Shown here: piece by piece, positions 31,557 through 40,470 of the stretch
How the letters are laid out: each line of letters starts with the position of its first letter
How positions within the stretch are numbered: the stretch's first letter is position 1
Assembly (NCBI GenBank): GCA_021775735.1
Contig: JAJFHG010000022.1
Coordinates: 1-58,877, forward strand
Origin: Hyphomicrobiaceae bacterium
Lineage (GTDB): Bacteria > Pseudomonadota > Alphaproteobacteria > Rhizobiales > Hyphomicrobiaceae
DNA: 58,877 nt
Direction of reading: 5' to 3'
Translations under genes and position numbers: made by a program
Notes under the pieces: generated by a model
What the model was told of the DNA's origin: nothing
Seen by the model: the letters and a program-made list of their open reading frames with translations, nothing else
The model's database searches: none

Positions 31557-31802
31557 CTAGTCCTTCTCAAGCGTGAAGGAATAGTTTTCGATCACCATAT
31601 TGGCGAGCAGCTCTTCACACATCTTTTCAACCTGTGCTTGGGCTTTGGCTTCGTCAGTTTCGGCAAGCGTGACCTCAATGTACTTACCCTGGCGGACATC
31701 CTTGATGCCTGAAAAACCAAGCGCCCCCAACGCGTGCTCAATGGCTTTGCCTTGTGGGTCCAGAACGCCAGCTTTCAGTGTGATCTTAATTCGGGCCTTC
31801 AT
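31557..31802 (-). CDS. purS: Phosphoribosylformylglycinamidine synthase subunit PurS
   Basis: The 81-aa product begins MKARIKITLKAGVLDPQGKAIEHAL. Confidence 0.9.
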   Translation of the reverse strand: MKARIKITLKAGVLDPQGKAIEHALGALGFSGIKDVRQGKYIEVTLAETDEAKAQAQVEKMCEELLANMVIENYSFTLEKD

Positions 31803-31935
31803 GGCACGTGCACGAGCCTCATGTTTGAGCGGGAATCTGTCTTATGAAACGTCAATGCCCGGCCTTTCGGCCGGGCACAAGCCTGAACGCGCGTTTTTTG
31901 AGTGCCCTGTGGACGCATATAAGCGCGTCTATGGG

Positions 31936-32727
31936 CTAACTCGGTGACCCTGTTGGGTTGTTGGAGGCGACCAGTACGGGGCCTGCCCCAGTTGCGGGCC
32001 GATTCTGGTTGAGAACGCCAAGCCGACGGGCGACCTCTTGATAGGCCTCAAGCAAGCCGCCCAGATCCTGGCGGAAGCGGTCCTTGTCGAGCTTGTCTGA
32101 GGTTTGTGTATCCCACAGGCGGCAGCTATCTGGGCTGATTTCATCGGCCAGGATAATGTTCACGTGGTCGTTTTCGTAGTGGCGGCCAAATTCGATTTTG
32201 AAATCGACCAATTTGATGCCAATCCCTAAAAACAGGCCGACCATGAAGTCATTGATGCGAATGGCCAACTGCATCATTTCATCAAGTTCTTGCGGTGTCG
32301 CCCAGCCAAACGCCGTGATGTGTTCTTCCGATACCATCGGATCGTTCAACTCATCGGCCTTATAATAGAATTCGATGATGGAACGCGGCAACTGCATGCC
32401 TTCTTCAAGGCCAAGCTTTGTTGCCAACGATCCCGCCGCCACGTTACGGACAACGACTTCAATCGGAATGATCTCAACTTCGCGCACCAACTGCTCGCGC
32501 ATGTTGAGCGTTTTTATAAAGTGTGTCGGCACGCCGATCTCTTCCAACCGCTCGAAGAGGAATTCGGAAATGCGGTTGTTCAATACGCCTTTGCCCTCAA
32601 TCACCGCATGCTTCTTGGCGTTGAATGCTGTTGCATCATCCTTGAAGTGCTGAATGAGAGTTCCGGGCTCTGGGCCCTCATAGAGAACCTTGGCTTTGCC
32701 TTCATATATACGACGCCGCCTATTCAT
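31936..32727 (-). CDS. purC: SAICAR synthetase
   Basis: The product begins [36 protein letters not shown]. The start was set at the internal Met (M11 of the tool ORF), which is the typical alpha-type N-terminus. Confidence 0.9.
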   Translation of the reverse strand: MNRRRRIYEGKAKVLYEGPEPGTLIQHFKDDATAFNAKKHAVIEGKGVLNNRISEFLFERLEEIGVPTHFIKTLNMREQLVREVEIIPIEVVVRNVAAGSLATKLGLEEGMQLPRSIIEFYYKADELNDPMVSEEHITAFGWATPQELDEMMQLAIRINDFMVGLFLGIGIKLVDFKIEFGRHYENDHVNIILADEISPDSCRLWDTQTSDKLDKDRFRQDLGGLLEAYQEVARRLGVLNQNRPATGAGPVLVASNNPTGSPS

Positions 32728-33093
32728 AGATCCTGGTCCTTTAACGATCACGCTCACAACTCATTTTTTATAGTTTACTACATTCGTCAGACACTCTAAC
32801 CCATTGAATAAAAACGGCGTTTTGTGATCGCGCCGGTCCATTTGTGAGGTTTCGAGGAAAGCGAATGCTTGGATCGACACTAGCTGAACCGATGGGGGGA
32901 AACAATGTTAACGAGGGCCGCAGGCAAGGTCATTTTGGAGAACTGGTTCACGATGCCAGCAAGCCATTGATTTGTCGGCACGAGCGGGCTAGGCAAGCCA
33001 TAAAACTGCGGTGATTGCACGATATACAACTTATGGTGCTATCCACGCAAATGAGTACAAACCAAGAACAATTATCACCTTTTGGAGACAGAC

Positions 33094-33411
33094 ATGACGA
33101 CCTTTGATGACCGCGAAAAAGGCTTTGAGAAGAAATTCGCGATGGATCAGGACCTCAAGTTCAAAGCCGAGGCACGGCGCAATAAAATGATTGCGGAATG
33201 GGCGGCTGAAAAAATGGGCATCACAGGAGATGAAGTTGATGCCTATGTCAAAGCGGTCCGCAAGGCCGACTTTGAAGAAGCTGGTGACGATGATGTATTT
33301 CGCAAAGTCAAAGCTGATCTTGAGGCAAAAAGCGTTTCGGTCTCAGATCAGGAGCTGCGCCAGCAGATGGACGAATGTCTCGCTAAAGCTGTTGGCGAAC
33401 TCGAGGGCTAG
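33094..33411 (+). CDS. F1-ATPase inhibitor zeta subunit (DUF1476)
   Basis: MTTFDDREKGFEKKFAMDQDLKFKAEARRNKMIAEWAA aligns closely with the Paracoccus denitrificans zeta subunit (MTTFDDRERAHEAKFAHDAELNFKAEARRNRLLGEWAA). Confidence 0.85.
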   Translation: MTTFDDREKGFEKKFAMDQDLKFKAEARRNKMIAEWAAEKMGITGDEVDAYVKAVRKADFEEAGDDDVFRKVKADLEAKSVSVSDQELRQQMDECLAKAVGELEG

Positions 33412-33472
33412 GACGGCTTAAAGGTATGTGCGACGCCCGTTGGTAACCGTGCTCGCGTGCGGTTGCTTGTCG

Positions 33473-34051
33473 TCAGCTTAACGTTTGCAGGAATTTGCCA
33501 AACCGCAATAAACCTTCAGGCCATGGCCCGTGGCCTGAAGTCACGTTGATGTGGCCTAACGTTCCGGCCTCAATCAGTGTTGCGCCCCAAGCACGAGCAA
33601 AATGTTGTGCGCGATCATACGTGCAGTAGGGATCATTCGAAGAGGCCACCAGTGTGTTTGGAACGGTTAACGTCTCAGATGGAATGGACGCGAAGCCACT
33701 GCCTTCGCGATCAAAGGTGTGACCATCCGTTTCCGGCCACAGGTTGGCTTGTTCGACATCAGCGGGTGCAACAAGAAAGGCACCAGACACCATGCCAGCA
33801 GGAATTTTCTGCAACGCATGGACTGTTGTGATGACACCTAACGAGTGGGCAACAATGACGGCGGGGCGCTCAATAGTTGCCAACGTGGCAATCAGGCGTC
33901 CGACCCAGGCATCCTTGTTGGCATTATACCAATCGTCTTGTTCGACGCGGCATGCGTGCGGCAGGTTGCGCTGCCAGCGCGACTGCCAGTGGTCCGGCCC
34001 AGAACTGGACCAGCCTGGCACCATAACGATTTCAACATCTGCGGTTTTCAT
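33473..34051 (-). CDS. Alpha/beta-fold serine hydrolase of the YdeN/RBBP9 family
   Basis: The 192-aa product has the order VPGWSSSGPDHWQ..VAHSLG (nucleophile elbow). Confidence 0.65.
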   Translation of the reverse strand: MKTADVEIVMVPGWSSSGPDHWQSRWQRNLPHACRVEQDDWYNANKDAWVGRLIATLATIERPAVIVAHSLGVITTVHALQKIPAGMVSGAFLVAPADVEQANLWPETDGHTFDREGSGFASIPSETLTVPNTLVASSNDPYCTYDRAQHFARAWGATLIEAGTLGHINVTSGHGPWPEGLLRFGKFLQTLS

Positions 34052-34087
34052 GGCCGTGTTGCTTAACTGACTACGCGCTTAATGCAA

Positions 34088-34200
34088 GAGATGTTGTGTT
34101 CGCACGCTAAAAAAAACAAAGGCGTTGCGTTCGCACGCCCGAAAAATAGGAGGCGTTGCGTTCGCACGCAAAAAACAAGAGTGACGTTGCGTTCTCAAGC
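34088..34200. repeat. Four phased copies of a 32-bp repeat (GCGTTGCGTTCGCACGC followed by an A-tract)
   Basis: TTCGCACGC cores occur at 34098, 34130 and 34162, with a degenerate copy at 34192. Each is followed by an A5-8 tract. The array lies in the promoter region of the hydrolase gene. Confidence 0.75.
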
Positions 34201-34228
34201 CGAAGGCACAGAGGTTTGCGTGAAACCT

Positions 34229-35737
34229 TCAGGGGCGCTGGGTCTTTGGTGTTGCTTCGCTCAATGATCCAAGAACAAACCCGGCGATGGCGAGACCTAT
34301 TGCGGCAAAGCCAATGACAGGCGCGGAGAGGTCATCTAATCCCAACCAGGTTTTGACTGGTCCAAGCGCTGCAACGGCGCTAAAGCCTAAGATCAATGCG
34401 GCAATGGCCCCGCGTCGTGTGGCGCGCGGCCAGTAAAGCCCACCCGCCAAAATCACAATACCAGAACAGAAGTAAATTGAGCCGGAGACGGCAAGATAGT
34501 CCCAGATGTCTTCACCACCCGCGTATACAAGTCCCCAATAGACTTCGTAGGCGGCAATAAGTGGGATGACCCAACGTGTTGCTGTGATTTGAAACGAGGC
34601 ATCTTCTGTGCGTCCCATCACCGGCGCTGCAATGTCGCGGGCAATGATCGATGACCAACAAAACAAATATCCGTCCTGTGTCGACATGAACGATGCAAAC
34701 ATTGCAACCGCGAGAAACCCAACCAACCAACCTGGCAGCATTTCGGCAAACATCAGCGGGGTTGCGATGAGCCCACGACCGTCGCCAGCGGCCTTCAGCG
34801 TTTCAGCGCCAGCGCCTGGTGTCGTTTGAAAATAGGCAAAGGCCAATATTCCGAGCAATGCAGGCAACACCATACGGCCCATGAAGATCCACGAGGCTGC
34901 TAAATAAGCGCGCGAAACTGTGGCTTCATCTTTGATGCACAGTGCACGTGATAACGCTGTTGGCCATACCGCTGATGATACCACGCCTGCCACCAACACC
35001 ATCCACGCAACATAGGCCGGCCCAAAGCTGTCATTCACGAGAGGGTCAAATCCAGCGCGTCCTTTGAGGTTGGAGACTGACGTCACGGCGTCGTTGAGTG
35101 ACACGGTTTGTGTAACAAACAACAAAGCAAGAAGGATGCCTGCGACCATCAACACAAATTGCACGACGTCGGTTGCAATGACCGTGCGCATGCCGCCAAC
35201 CATCGTATAGGCGGCTGCAAACACAACAAGTGCGATCATCAAAGCAATCAGCGTGCTGGACCCAGCTTCAATGCCAAGCAAGGAGAGAAGAAAAAGGGCT
35301 GCGACTTTCAAGAACAAGCCCATGTTTAAAATGCCACCAAGCGCCATCACGGTGGCGCCAAAGACGCGGACGTCCTGGCCATAGCGGCGACCATAGTATT
35401 CCGGAACGGTCAGCACGCCGGTTGCGCGCAGGGGTTTAACAATAAAGCCCGTTAAGCCCACCAACACACAGCCAATAAAGGCCGCAACACCAATGTGAAG
35501 GGCTGAAAACCCATCGTTGAATCCTTTTTGCGCATTGTATGCGATGGTGATTAAGCCAATCTCTGTTGCCCCGAGCGTCGCCAGAGCTGTCCAGAATCCA
35601 ACATTGCGACCTGACGCAAAAAAGTCGACGAGACCATCGCCTTTGCTTTCAGAACTGGCTTTGCGCAGATGGGTGATCAGCCACAAAACGTAGGCGGCAG
35701 AAAAAACCGCAAGTGCAATCCAAGTTGAGGTTGGCAA
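34229..35737 (-). CDS. Sodium:solute symporter (SSS family) transporter
   Basis: The 502-aa product has about 13 transmembrane helices typical of SSS transporters. Confidence 0.75.
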   Translation of the reverse strand: MPTSTWIALAVFSAAYVLWLITHLRKASSESKGDGLVDFFASGRNVGFWTALATLGATEIGLITIAYNAQKGFNDGFSALHIGVAAFIGCVLVGLTGFIVKPLRATGVLTVPEYYGRRYGQDVRVFGATVMALGGILNMGLFLKVAALFLLSLLGIEAGSSTLIALMIALVVFAAAYTMVGGMRTVIATDVVQFVLMVAGILLALLFVTQTVSLNDAVTSVSNLKGRAGFDPLVNDSFGPAYVAWMVLVAGVVSSAVWPTALSRALCIKDEATVSRAYLAASWIFMGRMVLPALLGILAFAYFQTTPGAGAETLKAAGDGRGLIATPLMFAEMLPGWLVGFLAVAMFASFMSTQDGYLFCWSSIIARDIAAPVMGRTEDASFQITATRWVIPLIAAYEVYWGLVYAGGEDIWDYLAVSGSIYFCSGIVILAGGLYWPRATRRGAIAALILGFSAVAALGPVKTWLGLDDLSAPVIGFAAIGLAIAGFVLGSLSEATPKTQRP

Positions 35738-35918
35738 CGGCGGCCCCTTTCACTGTTCAATTATGGCGCTATAGAGATCACGCGCCGTCGTTATCACGAA
35801 TTGCGGGTCAATGCAGGCGCTTGCCTTGACCTTATGGATGTTATTCAGCAACGATTGATGAACTTTCCATAAACGCGTGCAGGTTTATCCTCACCATGCG
35901 TCATCTCAGGAGCTGCAC

Positions 35919-36806
35919 TTCATGCCAACACTTGTTGCGTTGATTCAATTTTCCATGCGTCGCGCCGTGCAGCTAGCCGTTGGTCTGGCTCTTTTTTTTG
36001 GTATGGCCTCTCCAGGCCTGACACAGGATCGCGCCTTGATCAGCACCTGGGATCACAATGGCTCGACGATGGTGATGGAAAAGGTTCGCCGCAATGTCGA
36101 GATCCGATATGAGCAGCCGAGCCGACGCATTCGCCGCCTTGGTGTGCGCAGTGGTGATGTGTTGTTCACCGGAGGGCTGAAACGCAATGGCCGCTTGGCT
36201 GGGGAAGCATTTGTGTTTCGCCGCAACTGCCAGCCTGCAGCATATGATGTGCGTGGACGCTTTGATCCGGATCGCGGACAAGATGAACTCATTCTGCGCG
36301 GTGCTGCACCGATCCGCGAACGTGGCGGTTGTGACGTTGTCGACTATTCGCGCAACCGCAACAGTTCACGCCTCCTTTTCACGCTCATAGGTCAAGATGG
36401 TCATGGTGGACGCGACGATGACAACGAGGGCCAGGGCGAACCCGCATATCAAGATGGTCACGCAGGGCGAGACACCGATTATGAAGGCCAAGAGGAGGCT
36501 ATCAATGATCGCGTCACCGAACCACCAAGCTTCAACTGCCGCCCTTATGTCAAAAGTGGCAAATGTCCAGAAGCGATGATTTGTGCGAGTGGTCGGCTGG
36601 CATCGCAAGACGCGATGATGGGGCGGCTTTATAAAGAGGTTTTGAGCTTGTCGCTTAATTCTTCAGAACGCCAAAGCCATAAGAATGAGCAACGCAATTC
36701 TCTCAAAGACCGCAATGCATGCGGCTGTGATCACGACTGCCTTGAGCAATGGTACTACGACATGAACAAAAGCCTCGGCAAAACAACAGTAATTTTAAGT
36801 CGGTAG
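35919..36806 (+). CDS. Secreted hypothetical protein with a C-terminal DUF1311 (LprI-like) domain
   Basis: A signal peptide is followed by internal QDGHGGRDDDNEGQ / QDGHAGRDTDYEGQ repeats. The C-terminal Cys pattern C..L...D..LN..Y...L...L...C.C...C matches DUF1311. Confidence 0.45.
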   Translation, partial: FMPTLVALIQFSMRRAVQLAVGLALFFGMASPGLTQDRALISTWDHNGSTMVMEKVRRNVEIRYEQPSRRIRRLGVRSGDVLFTGGLKRNGRLAGEAFVFRRNCQPAAYDVRGRFDPDRGQDELILRGAAPIRERGGCDVVDYSRNRNSSRLLFTLIGQDGHGGRDDDNEGQGEPAYQDGHAGRDTDYEGQEEAINDRVTEPPSFNCRPYVKSGKCPEAMICASGRLASQDAMMGRLYKEVLSLSLNSSERQSHKNEQRNSLKDRNACGCDHDCLEQWYYDMNKSLGKTTVILSR

Positions 36807-36934
36807 TCTTCTCTCCGTCACAATATTCGTGGTATTGGCAAACTTCGGCACGTTGCCTTGGGTCCAGATTCGCTGATGTCTGGCTGGCGCACACCGCCTT
36901 GCGGGTTTTAGTGTGTTCCGCAGTGTTCCGAGTT

Positions 36935-37008
36935 GAGGCTATAGCTCAGAGGTAGAGCGCCCGGCATGAACCGGGAGGTCGGGGGTTCGAGTCCCTTTAG
37001 CTTCTCCA
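36935..37008 (+). tRNA. tRNA-like gene with a tRNA-Ala-like acceptor/D-arm (G3:U70) and an aberrant anticodon arm (5-bp stem, 6-nt loop CAUGAA)
   Basis: The sequence is GAGGCUA-UA-GCUC-AGAGGUA-GAGC-G-CCCGG-CAUGAA-CCGGG-AGGUC-GGGGG-UUCGAGU-CCCUU-UAGCUUC-U-CCA. The T-arm and CCA end are canonical. The anticodon loop is one nucleotide short of the standard 7. Confidence 0.5.
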
Positions 37009-37085
37009 TGATGACTAGCTCATTTAGGTAGAGCACAGAACTTAGCCTTCTGGGGTAGTGGGTTCGAATCCCACGTCATTTACCC
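37009..37085 (+). tRNA. Second tRNA-like sequence directly abutting the first, with anticodon loop CUUAGCC, an imperfect acceptor stem and no encoded CCA
   Basis: The D-arm (GCUC/GAGC) is canonical and the T-arm is perfect (GUGGG-UUCGAAU-CCCAC). The anticodon stem is CAGAA/UUCUG with loop CUUAGCC, which puts C at position 37. The acceptor is UGAUGAC/GUCAUUU with 2 mismatches, and the 3' end is ACCC. Confidence 0.3.
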
Positions 37086-37444
37086 GTGCCTGTTAAGCAC
37101 ATCGGTAAGCCAAACCGAGCGCGAGAGCGCCTCAAATATGGGAAGCTGACTGTTGTGCCCGGCCTGCGAGTTAATGTTGAACGCTTCGGCTGACAACGGC
37201 GACACAAAGGCAGCATGGTGGCGCTTTGAGCGTCCGTGGATACCGCTGGCCCCACATGCTGGCGCCGCAGATACCGGCCCAATGTACCTTCGGGGAGTTG
37301 GTGGACGCAGTCTGCAGGCAATGGCGGCGGGGTGAGCTTAAGCGGATGCCCGTTGCTATTCGTGTGGGTGCACAGTCAGCGACCTTGGCACCTGTTCTAA
37401 GGGATGCTCGCAAAACGAGCGCATTAAATTTGAATGGAGCATTT

Positions 37445-38596
37445 ATGAGACGTTTCCCAATTTTTAAGGTGGTGATCAAAGACGATGAGCGGGCGTTTCT
37501 CACACGAGATGGGAAATTCCAAAAGCTTCTCGGTCCGGGTCGATTTCAAAAGTTGGATTTAGGACAGCGATACGACGCCAGGGTTCAAAAAATTGTCAAT
37601 GCTGAAGTGCCGGTTGAGACCGCGCTCCTGCTTGAAAAAACCCATCAAGCCGTTGCGAACGAAAACTTTGAAATTGTTCAGACGACTGCAAACGAGGTTG
37701 CTATCGTGTCACTTGATGGTCAACCACGCCACATGCTACCGCCTTTGACAACCCGCGCATTTTGGAAGACGAGAACACTCGTAGACGTCGAGGTGATCAA
37801 CACTGAAGAGTCGCTCAAGATTGATCCGCGTCTTTATGCAAAGCTTGACTTGAACGTCACCAGCTTGGTCACCAATGCTGTCGTACACAATCATCAGGTC
37901 GGCCTTCTTTATATTGATGGAAAGTTGATTGAGACCTTGCCACCAGGGCGTCATGTGTATTGGAACGTTGGTAAAAAAGTTGAGGTGGCTACCGTCGATA
38001 CGCGACCCCAGCCCTTGGAAGTAACAGCGCAGGAAATCCTGACCAAAGACCGCGTTGGTATTCGCGTTACGCTCACGGCGTTTTATAAAATTGTTGATCC
38101 TGTTGTTGCACAAACAAAATCAACCGACATTGGTAATACACTTTATCGACTCATTCAGTTCGCCATTCGAGAAGCCGTCGCGACGCGGTCCTTGGATGAA
38201 ATCCTCGCAGCACGCGATGAAATCGATAGTCAGGTGCGGTCGTTCGTCGGCGAGCGTGCCGCTGAACTCGGTGCCGAAGTTGGGGAGATCGGCGTCAAGG
38301 ATGTTATTCTGCCAGGTGACGTCAGAGACCTTTTGAACAAAGTGGTTGAAGCCGAACGCACTGCCAAGGCAAATCTCATCCGTCGACAAGAGGAAACAGC
38401 AGCGACGCGCTCTTTGCTAAACACGTCAAAGCTCATGGAGGACAATCCGTTGCTGTTGCGCTTGAAAGAACTTGAAGCGCTCGAAAAGCTGGTTGAGAAA
38501 GTCGGGCGCATCGATCTGCACGCGGGGCAAAATGGCGGGTTGGATGCCTTGCTTTCCAAACTCTATTCACTCAAGGACGGCGAAAAAGACACGTAG
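37445..38596 (+). CDS. SPFH/band-7 (stomatin/slipin-like) domain protein
   Basis: The N-terminal RFPIFKVVIKDDERAFLTRDGKF and the SPFH core (...ILTKDRVGIRVTLTAFYKIVDP...) are followed by a coiled-coil C-terminus. The ATG at 37445 is preceded by GGAG 5 nt upstream. The tool ORF extends upstream with no support. Confidence 0.7.
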   Translation: MRRFPIFKVVIKDDERAFLTRDGKFQKLLGPGRFQKLDLGQRYDARVQKIVNAEVPVETALLLEKTHQAVANENFEIVQTTANEVAIVSLDGQPRHMLPPLTTRAFWKTRTLVDVEVINTEESLKIDPRLYAKLDLNVTSLVTNAVVHNHQVGLLYIDGKLIETLPPGRHVYWNVGKKVEVATVDTRPQPLEVTAQEILTKDRVGIRVTLTAFYKIVDPVVAQTKSTDIGNTLYRLIQFAIREAVATRSLDEILAARDEIDSQVRSFVGERAAELGAEVGEIGVKDVILPGDVRDLLNKVVEAERTAKANLIRRQEETAATRSLLNTSKLMEDNPLLLRLKELEALEKLVEKVGRIDLHAGQNGGLDALLSKLYSLKDGEKDT

Positions 38597-38707
38597 ATGA
38601 CACGCAGCCAACCGAAAAGCGATGACTGCGTTCCTGATCATTCCTACAAGGGTATCCCTGCACTAGGTTCAGCCACATCTTAATCCATTCGATGGGAACA
38701 CTGTCAT

Positions 38708-39613
38708 ATGCAGATGAATACGGCCGCCTGGCTGGGGCTGATTTTTCTATCGATACTGTGGGGTGCAGCGTTTTTTTTCATCGCTATAGCGGTCAAAGAA
38801 GTGCCACCGCTGACGCTTGTTTTGTCCCGGGTGGTGATTGCTGCAGGAGTGCTGATGGCTTACTTGTGGGCAATTGGGCAACATGACCTTTATGACGCCA
38901 AGCTTATTCCAAGCTTTCTTGTCATGGGCATCATCAGTAATGTTTTGCCTTTCAGTTTGATATTTTGGGCGCAAACCACAATCACCAGCAGCCTGGCGTC
39001 GATCCTCATTGCGACGACGTCCATTTTCACAATTGTGATTGCCCACATCTTCCTGGCTGACGAACGTATGGCAATCAACAAGGCACTCGGTATTGGGTTT
39101 GGTGTTCTGGGTGTTGGCGTACTGCTCGGGAGTGATGCGATGGACGGCGTGGATGTGGCAACACTTGGGATTGTAGCGTGCCTCGGTGCAGCCTTTCTTT
39201 ATGGCTGTGCCGGCGTTTATGGGCGCCGTTTTGCTGCAATGGGCGTATCAGCCGAGGTGGCGGCGTGTGGTCAGCTTATTGCTTCGACCGTGATTCTCCT
39301 GCCGGTTGTGCCGCTCGTCGAGCAGCCATGGACCCTTCCCATGCCAAGTTGGCCCGCATTACTATCTGTTCTTTTTCTGGCACTTTTTTCAACGGCTCTT
39401 GCGTTCGTTGTATTTTTTCAACTGCTGAAAAAAGTGGGTGCCGTCAACGTTGCGCTCGTGTCGCTGTTGGTTCCAGTGAGCGCTGTTCTGCTCGGGGTTT
39501 TCGTGCTTGGAGATCGCTTTGAGATGCAACATTTCGTTGGCATGACTCTCATCACGGTCGGCCTCATCGCGATTGACGGGAGGGCGTCGTTCAAACTGGG
39601 TTGGCGCACATAG
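38708..39613 (+). CDS. DMT-superfamily transporter with two EamA domains
   Basis: The 301-aa product has 10 transmembrane helices and the two-EamA-repeat architecture. Confidence 0.75.
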   Translation: MQMNTAAWLGLIFLSILWGAAFFFIAIAVKEVPPLTLVLSRVVIAAGVLMAYLWAIGQHDLYDAKLIPSFLVMGIISNVLPFSLIFWAQTTITSSLASILIATTSIFTIVIAHIFLADERMAINKALGIGFGVLGVGVLLGSDAMDGVDVATLGIVACLGAAFLYGCAGVYGRRFAAMGVSAEVAACGQLIASTVILLPVVPLVEQPWTLPMPSWPALLSVLFLALFSTALAFVVFFQLLKKVGAVNVALVSLLVPVSAVLLGVFVLGDRFEMQHFVGMTLITVGLIAIDGRASFKLGWRT

Positions 39614-40411
39614 TCACGGTAGTCCAATCGCGGTTCTAATGCCCTTGGCACCTTTAAAATTAGCACCGTCAAGACGTGCGCCCGTAAAATCTGCAGCGGT
39701 TATGTCGGCCCCGTGGAAGTCAGCCATCGACAAATTTGCGTTCATCAACTTGGCTTTACGTAAGTTTGCGTTGATAAATTTCGTGTGCGAAGCATCGTTG
39801 CTCGTCAGTACTGCGTGGACGAGTGTGGCCGAAGTAAAATCACATCCACGTAAGTCCACCCGAGCTGTAATCAGCTCTTCGCTTCTTGGATCCTTGGCGC
39901 CAAACGTTGCGTTCGTGAGATTGGCATTTTGAAAGCGCACCGATCTAAAATCACCGCTGAGATGAGCATTCGAAAGGTTCGCGCGTTCAAATGAAGGAAG
40001 TTCCTTTTGTTCCATAGCCAGTGTCGAAAAGATATTTGGTCTTAGAAGGGTCGCACCTGTTAGGTTGGCTTCGCGAAAGTCTGTCGATGTAATCGTGCTG
40101 CGATCTAGCCGGACGCCTCTTAAGTCGGCACTTGTAAATTTTGCCTTCGTGAGATCAGCACCGAACAGGTCACCGCCCGCTAAGTTGGCACCACTAAAGT
40201 CAAGACTTGCAAGGTCAAGCCGGCTTAAATCTTGATTGGAAAAGTTGGCTCGTGCACTGGCATCAGCACGAAACAGCTGGAGCGTAACGTCTCGGGTCGT
40301 GAGTCGATTTCCAGATAATATCGGTGTCGCGGCCAGTAAAGCGAAAACAAAGGCACCCACCACCAATTTGAAGGACATTGCAAAAGTGGTGTTGGATTTC
40401 ATGATGTGCAC
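39614..40411 (-). CDS. Secreted pentapeptide-repeat protein
   Basis: A signal peptide is followed by repeated A(N/D)L..A.L pentapeptide units (ANLSNAHLSG, ANLTNATFGA, ADLTKAKFTS and others). Confidence 0.75.
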   Translation of the reverse strand: MHIMKSNTTFAMSFKLVVGAFVFALLAATPILSGNRLTTRDVTLQLFRADASARANFSNQDLSRLDLASLDFSGANLAGGDLFGADLTKAKFTSADLRGVRLDRSTITSTDFREANLTGATLLRPNIFSTLAMEQKELPSFERANLSNAHLSGDFRSVRFQNANLTNATFGAKDPRSEELITARVDLRGCDFTSATLVHAVLTSNDASHTKFINANLRKAKLMNANLSMADFHGADITAADFTGARLDGANFKGAKGIRTAIGLP

Positions 40412-40470
40412 GGTGCCCCCCTGAAAATCGGGACTTTTTTAAAAGCTGCTGACTGCCCGTTATAGGCGAC

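Noticed and set aside
32758-33080. Possible riboswitch (ZTP/purine) in the purC-zeta divergent region.
   Set aside because: I could not find the conserved pfl/ZTP or purine-riboswitch core motifs by eye, so there is no support.
37226-37444. The upstream extension of the SPFH gene ORF, starting right after the tRNA-like pair.
   Set aside because: The SPFH N-terminus (MRRFPIFKVVIKDDERAF) starts at 37445 with a GGAG RBS, and the upstream part lacks an RBS and any similarity.
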